Assembly: GCA_002189035.1 (NCBI GenBank)
Contig: NEEC01000010.1
Span: 1,798,001 to 1,862,000 of the forward strand
Reading direction: 5' to 3'
From: Utricularia gibba
Taxonomy: Eukaryota > Plantae > Magnoliophyta
DNA length: 64,000 bases
Within the stretch, counting starts at the first letter, position 1, and each line of letters begins with the position of its first letter. The notes beneath the pieces are model-generated. The model was not told the DNA's origin. It did no database searches and worked only from the letters and a program-made list of their open reading frames with translations. A program made the position numbers and the translations under genes. Below are positions 22,829 to 35,567 of the stretch, piece by piece.

Positions 22829-25341
22829 TCAGTTGTCATAACCAGGAGCAAATTGGCCAGAATTTTTATCCTGAGAGAATTTTGATGGGTTCAGATGTCA
22901 GGCTGCAAGTCGCATGTTATGTACAAGTCGGAAAAAAGAGACTCAAGTACCTGAGAGAGCATTCTCTGTTTGTTGAGGTGTTGCGTACGGGCCTTGTTGA
23001 GAGCTGAATTGGGAGATCTGTACATCCTCTGTAGAAGTCACAGATGATCTAAAATGATCAAAATGGCCTTCTTGTTGCAGCTGAGAATGACAAAAAAATT
23101 TGATGGGCATAGGAGAGAGAACCTTGTCCATTTGGGAAAGACGGTTTTCATCGGATGAGAGGTACTTTTTCTTGGGCGTAAAATCGAAGACATCATGCAG
23201 AAAATGATTTTCCTGTGCAACAGATACAATACGCGGTTGGTTCATTGCATCTGTGACAGATAAAAAAAATGAGGTAAAGGCTCAAGAAAGAGATAAAAGC
23301 GGACCTGCATATGTTTCACAAATCCTCCACCGAGAAAGTGCTTCAGGAAGTTCAGCTGTATATTGCAGATAAGAGGGATTATATGAAAAACTGTTCAAAA
23401 GCATCTGAAACTACAAAATGATGCAAACCTGAATTAACTGAGCCCATGTGCTCGTGTATAAACACTCTCCACCGATTTTTGTGGAGACCTCAGGAACATA
23501 ACCCTCCTAAAATTTACAAAATACAGTTTCTCAAAACCAGTAGGAAAGCAAACAGATTATGAGTACAGGAGCTTACCTCGAAAAAATCTAAAATGTCTCG
23601 AAACGTGTTCCTTTGATTATTCAGATCCTTCTTCGCACTACCCTTTCCACCTGCCTCAGTGGAGAGACCACGAACTTGATTGAGGATCTTATTCTTCAAT
23701 CCATGAATGTGCATCAGTTTCCTGGAACTGTCATCGGTAGAAGGCTCTGTGGGCCCCTTATTTTCTCCACAAAACTTCTCAAGATGTCCTATTTCAAATA
23801 TCAAAGCAAGTGCTTCACCAGCAGCTATTCGGAGTAATCTGTCATCCTTGTCTAGCAGCATGGAAAGGAAAGAAACTGACCTGAAAAAATTACAACTTCA
23901 GAAAGCAGAATCAAAAAAATAAGGAAACTTTGAGCAAGCTTTTACAACAGATACGAACTCTTGCCAACTCTTAGGGTTAAGTGCACTCCCCGAAACGGTA
24001 GTCAGCAAAAATGACCAGGAAGATACGGCTGTTGCTATCACTGAGGGCACTGATTTGACAGAAGCCACCTGAAACATGAAGAGCAACACAAATCGGTCAA
24101 ACTGTGTCCTGCTTATTATACATACATCATGTTTTAACAAGTACAAAGAAGTTGGTGTTAACAAAAGAAGGCACGTACGTTGGGACCCAATTTGGGGTTT
24201 GCCACTTGCCACATTATATGCATAGACTTTTCTATTTGTTCTGTTTCTTCCCCACCAGCAAAGGTACTTATAGCTAAAGATTCCAGCAACTGTATGCGCA
24301 GCCCGCATTTCCAGGAGATGCAAGGTCAGTCATCAACAGATTTTAAAAGACACTTTCATTCAAAGGGCAAAAAATTACCGATGACATCTTCGGAGCCTGA
24401 GACTGAGACCTAAGAGCATCTGATATAGGACTAATAGATTCCTTCAAGATTTCCTCTGCTTTCTCCCCTGGACCTGCAGTTAAGGCTAAAAGTCCTGCAG
24501 AAAAAAATAAAGCAAACGACCCTCTGAGTATAAATGAAACATCAAATCTAAATGGCAATGTGCAAATAGAGACCAAGTAAAAACCTATAGCATGAGATGC
24601 TAAAGCCACCTCTGTTGCAGAACCTTTTTTTATTGAATTCAAGCACTGATGTAGCATTGTAGCAAATCTGTAGTGAGAACAGAAAAATTCTCTTACATGC
24701 CTTCTAGCATCAAATCCAACCTTCAATGAAACATTTAATAGGTTGACTGGAAAAAAAAATGTCACATACTTCTGCTCCACAAAATCATGCTGTAAGTTGC
24801 TATTAAAAGCTTGAATGATCATCCCCAAACCCTTCTCTCTAGTAGATCCTCTGTAAATAACCATTCAAAAAATATTTTCATATATCAATAAAAGAACATC
24901 TTCTTAATTTTGACCTCACCGGCTATGAAATTACCTCAAAATGCCGTATCAGAATGTACTAAGAGAACGACTCAGATTATGTGAGTTACATAGAAAAATT
25001 ACCTCTTTTCATATAAAGCATCTAAGCACTGATCAAGCACAGCTCCTTTATCTACCTGCACCTCTTCAGTTCCATGCTCCGGTACGTGGGAGCTCATGGA
25101 TGACGACGCAGATGAGCAAACGCTATCCGTTTCCTCAGCGTCCAGTGCAGCAGCACTTTTTCTTTGAGAATTCCCTAAAATCATCCAAAATTCCAATTCC
25201 AAAATCATATTTTTTCGAATTCTCTAGGGAAAACCAAAAATTACAAAAATCACTACAAGAAAACGAATTTCAGGAATTCATAGAAAACTAAACAAATCTG
25301 CAACCAAAGAAAGGGGATAGATCAAACTTACTTTTACCCAT
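22829..25341 (-). CDS. Interferon-related developmental regulator (IFRD) family protein, SAT32-like; multi-exon, with a 10-nt first coding exon (ATGGGTAAAA)
   Basis: LDQCLDALYEKR/GSTREKGL, TMLHQCLNSIKKG, LDKDDRLLRIAAGEALALIFE, STEAGGKGSAKKDLNNQRNTFRDILDFFE and RMYRSPNSALNKARTQHLNKQRMLSQ. Confidence 0.92.
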
Positions 25342-26546
25342 AATGAAAACTCCAAAATCCCTAACACTCCTGTACTTTTAGGTCAGGGCTCAGGCGTCAG
25401 GAGTACTCAATACAGGGGCAAGCAAAATTAAAACTATCGACAGGATAATCTTTAACGGAAGACGAGTAAAAGCAATGAAACAGGCATAAAAACGCAATCG
25501 AATCGGAGAAACTATCCATGAAATTTGATTATCGCCGCGTAGGAGACGTAATTCAGCGCCTGTAGCCGTGAAGAGGAAGGGTTCCGCGACGATAGAAAGA
25601 CCCCAATTTACAAGTGGATCATTCATCTCATTGGTCGAATATTCTTTTATACGTAAGAGCACACGTCAGCACCTCGTCACGTGGATAGATCTGCACCGTA
25701 CCATGAGGCATCACCGCGCACACAATAATTTATGAGTCACCTGGAATTAATAAAAAAAATGCCGGAAAATATATAATTAAAGAAAATAAAAAAACACGTT
25801 AAATTAAGTATTATTAATATTAGCTTTAAATTATTTTTTTTACATTACATTGATAATAATAATAAAAAATGAATCATCTTCATTACATTACATTATTTTT
25901 CGAATTGGATTCAATTTTCATTTCAGATCTTTTTTATATATTTGTATCAATTTTGAATTTAATTCACTCCAACCCAATCCAATCGTATCCATTTTCTGTA
26001 TTCTTTATCTAATTGGGCTAGGCTCAGCCCATATTATAGGATTTCGGGCACGCAGGCCCATCTTTATCTAGTTGGGCTTTATTAATAAATAAACATTTTT
26101 TGTGCTCTTTGAACAACCATTTGTTGATGTTACGAGTCTTTACCCTCAAAATATTTCATATTTTTGGCTGGTTGGATTGTAGCCACCCACTGTCACGAAT
26201 AAATTGAGAGCGGTTACAATGTGGTCGAGATGTTGTGGTGGGAGGAAGCACCCAACCAGGGCGTGGGGTGAGTCATGGGGACCGTGACGACTCCATCGAG
26301 AAAGATGCAATATGCACACTGGTACAAGGCGCAACGCCAACAAGTGGAAAACAAAAAGGCTTCCCTTACGTGGAGGATCATTCGAAGCCACTGGCCCACA
26401 CCCCCCCTCACGTGACGCATCCACGTGAGGGCTGTAACGTCATTTTATACAAAGAACTCCCACCCGCTCTGGTCCCTCGCCTGTGGGTGGTGGGTGCGGG
26501 GAGGGTGGTAGGGCTTTCTCCACGTGTCAAGAGTCAAGTCGAGATC

Positions 26547-27799
26547 CTAGGAAATGTCCCCCGAGGAAGCCGTACTGGACCTGGGTTGGCGCAAAATTGC
26601 TATCAGTGCTTCTGCCTGCCAAACGACACCGTTCCGTCAGAATAAATATAATTAGAAAAAAAATACACCGAAAAAAGTTAGTTGAGGATGAGGTGACAAG
26701 TAGTAGTCAGTTGATTTGATTAGTGAGGTATTAAAACGGACTTCCTTCGACTTGGCTGACTAATTAATAATTAGGAGGTGGCCCCACCTAACAACCCTAA
26801 CCCAATCACAATCAACCAACTGTCTTCATCCATTATAAATTCCCCAAATTGAATGCCCATGCCACCACATTATTACCCTTTTTTTTGACCTAGGATGGGG
26901 GTTTTAGTCATTAGCAATGGAGCATAATAGGTAAAATCAAGAGTCTGCGTGCGTGCTACCTTTAGTTTGGCTCGGGTGGTCCCGTGCTGCGACAGCGCCA
27001 CGAGCGGCGGGATGGCTCCTTCCCGAGCCACAATCGCGCGGTGGTTCACCGAATCCTGGCACAATCGCAAAAGTATCCCAGTCACGATTTCCTTTTGCCG
27101 CTGTGTCCCCACCTCCACGATCTCGACCAGCACCGGGATTCCACCTTCCTGCACCAGCGCCGCCCGCGCCTCCGGGATGGCGGACAGCAAATTTACCACA
27201 AACGAGGATTTATCCACCATGCTCGACCCCAAGTCCGCCATTAGTTCCACTAGCGGCTTCATTATCCCCGATCGCACTGCAATTGACTTGTTCTCGTTGG
27301 CGGAACAGAGCGAGAACAGCGCCGTGCAGGCGTCTTTTTTGCCGCGGAGGGTCCCGTACTCGAGAAGACTCACCAGCGGCGGAATCGCGCCGGACCTGCC
27401 GATGGCGATTTTGGCTTCCTCGACTTGCGAGAGGCGGAGGAGCGCGCAGGCGGCGTTCTCGCGAGCGTCGGAGGTCCCGGTCTTCAGAGCGTGAACCAGA
27501 GGCTTGATTGCGCCGGAGGAAATAATCTCCTCCTTGTTATCATCGCAGAGCGCGAGATTCAATATCGCGGTGACCGCCAATTCTTGCAACTGCTGATCGC
27601 TCGACGAGATCGCCGAAATCAGAGGCTTAATAGCTCCCGCGGCAGCCATTCTGACTCGATTCTCCTGGTCGTTCTTCGCAAGGAGGCGTATCTCCATCGC
27701 CGCCTGCTTCCGCACATCGATTCTATCGGAATCGAGGAAGGACACGAGACGCACTGCGAGTTCGTCGTCAACGGTAAAGGAAACCGACGCCGCGTCCAT
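26547..27799 (-). CDS. ARM-repeat protein, PUB4-like, without a U-box; exons 27799-about 26960 and 26615-26547
   Basis: Repeats AAMEIRLLAKNDQENR, GAIKPLV, ENAACALLRLSQ and REGAIPPLVALSQ.GT.RAK. The last exon AEALIAILRQPR follows a GT-AG intron. Confidence 0.92.
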
Positions 27800-28329
27800 G
27801 AAACTACTCTCGCGCACATACCATTCCCCGCTAAACCCCTCTATCCGGCCGCAAAACGAGAATCGTGGAGCGTAGACCGCACGTGCGACGCTTTCTTCCC
27901 TCAGGCTTTAAACGCGTGAATACGGATCGCAACAAAGGCACGAGAGGAGATGAATAATGAGGCTGGGCACCGCCAGATGCGCTTCCTTTTCAAAACTTGA
28001 ACCCTTTGCGTTTCTCTTGGAACATGTGATTGCAGAGACCTGCACCCATCGAACACTGAAACGTTTTCGGGTACCAAAACAACATTTAATATAACTGACC
28101 TTTGAAAACATAAAAACGAAAGCTCACACGATGGACGATGGACGCGCCCGATCCATGGACCAGAGCGGACCAATCAAGAATCGGGGGGTATACTTTTCCC
28201 GGTCCAAACAGCAACACGCGTCCGTCTTTTTCTGTTTTGTCAAGAACCGGCGTCTTTCAACGATGCTGCTAACTCAACTCCATTCTTTAATTTAATCTGG
28301 TCAAATCACGTAATGTTAGGTTCTCTTGG

Positions 28330-29210
28330 ATTATGTTTTTTAAAATACATTTTTCAAAAAGTGTTCATAAAATAGAAAGGGATTGTATAGCAGTGTTTTT
28401 GAAAATTTTTAAAACCTATTTTCATTTTTTAAAAGTAAAAATAATTTTATTTTAAAACAATTTTAATTGTAAAAATAATGCTATCAAAAATATTTTTAAA
28501 ATTATAGTTGTGTTCTATAAAATTTTTACAACCTATTTTATTTTTGAAAAAATAAAATAATTTTAATCAAGAACACCACTTATTTTTACTTTTACTTTTA
28601 CTAAAAATACTTTTGATATTACACTTCAAAAATAGTTTTTGAAAAAATAGAGATGAGCTACTTTTGAATTCTATTTCTATTTTCAACATAAATCCATAAA
28701 AAATTTATATTTTTCTAGAACACCCATTTTTACTTTTATTTTATAAACTATTTTTATTTTTACTTTTTACTTTTTCAAAAATAAAATAAGTTCTAAAAAT
28801 TTTCTAGAACATACCTTATAACTACAAAATTTATTTTTGGAAAAATAATTATTTTGTTACTTTTACTTTTTATTTATACTTTTTAAAAATAATTTTAAAA
28901 AGTAAAAATAATGTTTAAAAATTTTTCAAAACACTGCTTATGTATTTTTTCTAGAAATATTTTTAAATTTTAATTCTTTTTGAAATATTTTTCAAAAGTA
29001 AAATTGTTCCAAATAAAAATAGATTTTTTTTTCTCAATAAACATTTTTCAAAAATATTTCTAATAAAATAAAAATTGAATTTATACAACTTATTAAGAAT
29101 AAGAATTATTTTTAAATTTCTATTTTTGAATCTAGAATTGTTCATATTTGATAAAAAAAAAACTATTTATGAAACACTTTTTCAAAAATACAAATTGTTC
29201 TAAACATAAA
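28330..29210. mobile_element. AT-rich foldback/MITE-like element with nested inverted repeats
   Basis: 28349-28375 pairs imperfectly with 29163-29191, and 28388-28415 pairs with 28913-28940. No coding capacity. No target-site duplication identified. Confidence 0.45.
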
Positions 29211-29669
29211 AATTGCACATAAAGTAAATTACGTTTTGTTATAGATTTAACATGAATATTATACATTACGTGGTGTTTATTTTATAATTTAAAGAAAATT
29301 TTATTTAATCACGTGAAATAGAATTTATTTAAACCTACCTCCCCTTCTTTCAATAAATTTCATATGTTTTAACTACTAACTAAAAACTATATAAAAAACT
29401 AATTCATTTACATTACATTTTTCAAAATCCTAGTCAAACTTTCCATAATACCAATAAAACTACGATGTGAGTTTTGAAAGCTTTAATTTGCCATGAAAAC
29501 CACGTGATAACGGAAACGAAGAACAATCTTTTTTAAAGGTGGAGTAATGGAAGTCACAGTCAACTTTTTGGTTCCAAGGGATGGAATATGTGCATATGAT
29601 ATGGAGTCACAGCTCATGGTCTAGCGCAAAAGACACGAGTAAACGCGCAAGAAGTTGCAGAAATCAACC

Positions 29670-32374
29670 TTAGTCACTCCAGTTGTCCTGATCGGCGGTT
29701 GCCTTCTCCTTCTTCTGTTCATCCTACAGTTTTCAACCACATGTAAAACTTATGCGGAGGAGATTGGAAGGATTTGATGTAAGAAGCAGCCAGCAAATCT
29801 AAGATGTGCAGATTTTATACCAGAGACGAATCTGCGTGGGATAAACTGGCTGGGGACCAGACCAGGATCTCCCGATCGTTTCCCCCGGTGTATAGCTCCT
29901 GTGAGTTAGATGGAAAGGAAGCAATGATGATGCAAAGCGCTAAGCAAAAGCAAATGGCTTTTCTACTCTATTTATCAGAGGCCCTGGTTCATTATGTGAA
30001 GTGCAACGAACCTGATCTTGAGAATTGTAGCAGCAGCAGTTAACATTTTCATAGTGGGCACGGAAACTTGCAATTGCTTGACCAGACCACATGGAAAGTG
30101 CCTGAGAAGTGTGTGTGCGAGGTCAGATATTCGATGCATATGGCAAAAGAGGGGATGGAACATAATTAGTAGTATCACCTTGACACTGACTAAGCTGGGT
30201 ACAAAGGCAAGGTCGGAATCCTGGGTGATGGCCATCTGAATGGGCTTGCTTCCCTGCAACCGTGTGGCTTCAAAGTTGACAAGGGTATTGCAACCGGAAT
30301 GTACATCCCACAGTCTCAACCTTGAATCCGAGCCTGAGGATTAGAAGCAAAAGGAGACCTCAAACTTTATGACTGGAGAGGAATCCATTTTTAAATTCTA
30401 GGTACATATCAAAAGATGGAAGAATGAAATCAAAGAATACCAAGCACCCCTATAATGAGACACCAACCCAGAATAAACAGTTCCCATTTTTATAACAGAA
30501 AACACGACCCAATAGGATGAGTAGGCTGCTACTCAAGTCTACTTCCTGAAAGAACACATACAATGATAACATCAAAAAAATTGAGATGTGTATCCGACCT
30601 GCACTCAGAAGATACATTCCATCCTCGGTCATCTTTAGCCCAGTTACAATACCATAATGCCCAGTAGCACGATCATGAATTGAGAGCATTCCAGGATGTG
30701 ATCTCTGCTTTATATGTTTCGTTTGAGTTGTAGATCGAGCAGAAGATTGAGGCTTTTCAGTGTTTCTATTACTCAATTTTCGTGCTTTTCCAGGTAAGGT
30801 CAAGCCCGTTGAAGATTTCTGCAGAACAGCAACTTAGGAATGAAACTGACATTGGCCCTTGACAAGAACTAAAGTAGGCTATTAACAATCCGTCCCCCAA
30901 ACTTCCATCAAAGAAGAACAAGCGAATTTCAAGAAAGTCGGTGCACTAAACACATTCAGAGTTAATGCTGCACAGATTTCAGGATTGACCGAACAACTCA
31001 GCCACATTGCTACAAACCCTTACCCATATGAAACAAATATATAGCACTCAGAACATGGTTAACACCATCATAATAAAGAGGCCGTAGTAAGAAACTTTAT
31101 GATAAATAAAATTGGCAAATGCTTCAATATATTATTTGAAAAGGGCACACTTTTTCAGCTTTCGGATGCACAAGGAGTGGTGGGCGACACCCCAACTGCG
31201 TTTGGGATTTGTCTAGGACTCGAAAACATCCAGCCTGTCTGATGTCCCAAAATCGTATAGCACCATCGCATCCTCCAGTTACCAAAATCCATTCAGATGA
31301 TGTAGACCATTCTAACGACATTATACCATCTGTCATGATAATGAGGAAACAACCAAAGTTACACCATATATCATAATGATGCTGAAACAAGAGATGAAAT
31401 TTTGAAACTCATTATGCTGCCCAAACTGAAACAAACATATTAACATTTTGATAACATTTCTCATCTGCCTGATAATTACAAGAAATTCATTTGAAAAGAT
31501 CATGGCAAAAATTGACATATAATTTGAGAACATTATTAGCATGTTTTTGACATTGAAATAAGAAGGATACAGCTTACCACGATGACCAGATAAAGTGTGA
31601 GAAAATGCACCAGATGCAATATCACATAACCGCACTTGGACATCCTCTGTCCCAGTGGCTATCAACATGTGTGACTTTGCTATTGACGACATTGCAGTTC
31701 GATAAACCTTTCCCGGCAACATAAAACTCACTACCCTCTGCATAAGGCACGTTGACGCACGTAAGTAACACTAAAAAAACACAAGTTGACATAGAGTAGC
31801 CAGCAGAATAGATACTTGTGTGGTGTTTGTATCCCAAACGTTCACACGGTGATCGTATGAACCAGTGACAAAGAGGCCTGTATCGATCGGATACCAGATG
31901 GCTGAGGATACGGCAAAAGCATGTCCATGCTCATGTTGCTTGCCCACAACAAACAAGGACTTGTGTTTCGCAACCAGATTCCCATTCTCGTGTTCCGAAG
32001 GCCGCTGAACATCGTAAACTGCAACAGTTGCATCGGAAGCACCGGCCAGGAGATATCTTCCCTCTGTCAAATCAACCTGATCTTGAGACCACAATGAGCA
32101 CAAGAAAATTCTTTTAACATAACATTACATCGCACGTGACGAATAGACCAAGGCAATGAATACATAAACGCGAGTTCAGCAACCAACACCATGAAAACCA
32201 ATGAGGCAAGGAGAGGAAAAGGACCTGAAGTGAGTTCACTGAACCGCGGTGCGAGGAAACAATTTCCTTGCAATTTGAGAGGTGTATGGACGAAACCCTT
32301 GATCTGCGAACGCTACTTGTGAACAATTTAGGGTGAATGGTCCCGAATTCTCTGTCTGTGATTTGCTTCCACAT
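29670..32374 (-). CDS. CSA1: CSA/ERCC8 WD40 DNA excision repair protein (DDB1-CUL4 substrate receptor); multi-exon
   Basis: HRGSVNSLQ/VDLTEGRYLL, WYPIDTGLFVTGSYDH, VQVRLCDIASGAFSHTLSGHR, WxR motif IRFWDIRQAG and C-terminal DQDNWSD*. Confidence 0.93.
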
Positions 32375-32697
32375 CTTCCTCGCATCTTTGACTGCTCTCC
32401 TCCGGCACCACTTCAGTTGCCCCTCTGCCGCGTTTCAACTCCTCCGTCGATAAAAATTCCAGTCCCTCGCTGCTCTAGTGATGATTCCGACGTACGGAGC
32501 TGAGATTTCTTAATCTTCTCATTTGTGAAACGGGGTTGAGATTTCAGAACCGCATTATAAACTTCTGGGCTGGAGAACAGACAAAGGCCCATCTTCAGAA
32601 ATGAAGCCCATTTACAGATTGTCACAATGTTATTACAGAAAATGTCATTCTTCCACACAATAAAAGAAATGAAGAAATATGATGCTTGTGGCCAATG

Positions 32698-33321
32698 CTA
32701 CTTCTTCAGCAGCTCCCCTTCCTTTGTTCTGCCAATTGCCTTCTTCCCATTTGATGATCCCTCACTTGGGACACAGTACCATGCCATTGAAGTGCAGAAA
32801 ATTGCAAACAAGCGCCCATAGATGACTAGAAACAGCAGAATCATCACCAATACTGCAAGAAATATGTAGACAAACTCTCTCAGCTGTTCTGATCTTTGTA
32901 CCATCCTTCTCTTTACCTTCTCTGAATCTCTAGACCCCTCTTCTGATCTCTGTAGCTTTTTGTTTTCCATCTTCTGCTCGGAAACTCCACCCCCTTCTAC
33001 TGAAATCTCATAACATGAACAACCATCTTCTGCTGGTGAAGCTTTCATGACACCAATTTCACTTCTTTTAGGGGTGTGTTTCAGATAACTAAGATTGCTG
33101 TCGTTCTTTAGGTTCTGGTTCTGCCTCTTGACCTTGACAACGATAGGCTTAACTTTCTGCGAAACCTCGGAGTACACAAAGCGAATGAAGGAGATATCTT
33201 GAGCTCCCATCTCTCTGTAAATCCGCTGTTTCTCCTGATCAAGATCAGCTACAAGCGCTGCGAATTTGTCAACGCCGCAATCCGAGAATGGGTTCTTCTT
33301 CTTTTCCTTGTTGGGAGCCAT
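32698..33321 (-). CDS. ZCF37-like plant protein with a C-terminal transmembrane segment; start uncertain
   Basis: KNPFSDCGVDKFAALVADLDQEKQRIY, ISFIRFVYS, KPIVVKVK and VMILLFLVIYGRLFAIFCTSMAWYCVP. Intronless ORF. Confidence 0.75.
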   Translation of the reverse strand: MAPNKEKKKNPFSDCGVDKFAALVADLDQEKQRIYREMGAQDISFIRFVYSEVSQKVKPIVVKVKRQNQNLKNDSNLSYLKHTPKRSEIGVMKASPAEDGCSCYEISVEGGGVSEQKMENKKLQRSEEGSRDSEKVKRRMVQRSEQLREFVYIFLAVLVMILLFLVIYGRLFAIFCTSMAWYCVPSEGSSNGKKAIGRTKEGELLKK

Positions 33322-34554
33322 GTCGAGGGTTTGGTAATGAAACAGCAAGATGTACTTCGGGGTTACGTTTCTTGTCCGCACAGAGGAGCATGTGAACTAT
33401 TGGAAGCTGTCTTGCCACGAAACGAGTTGACTGAATCCATTAAGGGAGCTTGTGGATATGGATGGAAAAGGAGAAACGAGGTTTGGTCAACGAAACTGCC
33501 ACGTGTCCATCCTGGGTAAGAACGATAATCCAAGTCAAATGTGAATTAAATTAATTAAATTTTAGTTTGTGATGTACGGATGATGCATCTAGGGTGGCAG
33601 CCCACCCATGCCATAGGGTTTGGTTTTATAAGGGATTTCAACGGTTCTAGAGCTTCGTCCTATGACTTTGATTTTGATGGCCAGTTGGGTCAGCGTGACA
33701 CGTGATATTCAGATATTTTGCCAAAATATCTCATGTGCATTTAAGTTCGGTTTTTAATTACCAAAAAAATGGTAAATTATTTACACAAATAGTTTGTGAT
33801 TTAATTTAACAGTTTTTTTTATGTTTTTATTATGAAAAAAAATCAAATTATAATTAAATTATGATCGAACCGTGGGTGAATTATGATTAAATTGTGATTC
33901 ATTTTTTTATATATTTTAAAACTTTTCGAATTTAATTCAACATTATCATGAACAATTTACAATTAAATCGGATCTTTTAAAACACACCCCACCATAGATA
34001 GTGTATTGGATATGCACGTATTTCTTTTTATTGAAAAATAATACCTTGTGACCGGTCGTCCACGTCTTCTTCAACATCCCCATTTAAAAAAAATGTAGTT
34101 CGGAGTCGTTTTCTTATATATATAATATTGAAATTAAAGATCTAATAAATACATTTGAAATTAAAATATATAATAAATATATAGAAAAATTAGATTTAAT
34201 CGATTAATAATAATTTATAATTATATATATTTTTATTATTTTATTTTAATTTTAAAATTTTGAATTGTTTGTTTTGATATTAGCAATTAAATCAATGTAT
34301 TTTAATCCAATTAATGCTTGTTTATATATATATATATATTGTATAAAAACAGAGAGAAAGAAAAGGTAGTTGGAGGGTGCGGTGGAGCATATGATGATTA
34401 GTAAGCAAGCTGTTCAATCACTCATCCTACACAACTGGCCCTTGGATTCCGCTACCACCGCGCCTCTTCACCTTACTTTCCTTTCCTAGCAGATTGATTG
34501 GATTCCCTCTCTGTCTTCGCTCTGAACACTCTCATCGGACTCCGCTTCGCAGCG

Positions 34555-35567
34555 ATGGCGTTTGCAGGAACCACCCAGAAATGCACAGCCTGTGACAAGA
34601 CTGTTTATTTGGTGGACAAGTTGACTGCGGACAACAGAATCTACCATAAGGCTTGTTTCAGATGCCATCACTGTAAGGGAACTCTCAAGGTCTGTTTCCT
34701 TGCCTCCACCTCGTTGATTAACTCTTCTAGTCTTTCAATTTCATTGGTCTACGCCTTTCCAACTCGGAGATCTTGCTGAATTCAGTTCTGTTTCCTTCGA
34801 GATATCGAATCTTTGGGTTGTTGACATGGGGTTTTAGATCAAGCACTTGTTTTCTCGGTAGATCTCATGACAGGGACTAACTTGAACCATTTTGGGAGCG
34901 CAGCTGGGAAACTACAACTCCTTTGAGGGAGTTCTATACTGCAGACCACACTTTGACCAGCTGTTCAAGAGAACTGGTAGCCTGGATAAAAGCTTTGAGG
35001 GTATTGCCTGCAACTAAATCGATTTTCCAGTGTGGATTATCAAGAAAGATGCTTACTTTGGCTCATTCATTCGTATTCAGGAACCCCCAAGGTTGCAAAG
35101 CCAGAGAAATCTGGAAACATTGAGGTACAGATTTGGAAACGGTATACCTGTCTTCCTGCATAGCTATTCTGATATGTGTTGCTGCTGCAGAAACCCAATG
35201 CAGCCAAGGTTTCGAACATGTTCGCCGGAACAAGAGACAAGTGTCTTGCTTGCAAGAGTACCGTCTATCCCACAGAAAAGGTAAATGAAAAACACATACA
35301 AGGGAAACATTTCCATGATCCAAGCTTGTTCTTTACATATGAATATGGCAGGTTTCTGTGAACGGGACGGCCTACCATAAGAGCTGCTTCAAATGCAGCC
35401 ATGGCGGATGTGTCATCAGCCCATCGAACTACATAGCACACGAGGGCCGACTCTACTGCAAGCACCACCACGTTCAACTTATAAAAGAGAAAGGCAACCT
35501 GAGTCAGCTGGAGGGAGATCATGACAAGGATCATCATGCAGAACCTGCCCATGCAGAAGCATCATAA
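34555..35567 (+). CDS. WLIM1: Two-LIM-domain actin-binding protein; exons 34555-34689, 34904-35000, 35081-35124, 35191-35280, 35352-35567
   Basis: MAFAGTTQKCTACDKTVYLVDKLTADNRIYHKACFRCHHCKGTLK, and a second LIM domain CLACKSTVYPTEK...YHKSCFKCSHGGC. Confidence 0.96.

Noticed and set aside
26949-27919. Several 160-185 aa plus-strand ORFs
   Set aside because: They are antisense shadows of the GC-rich ARM-repeat exon, where stop codons are depleted.
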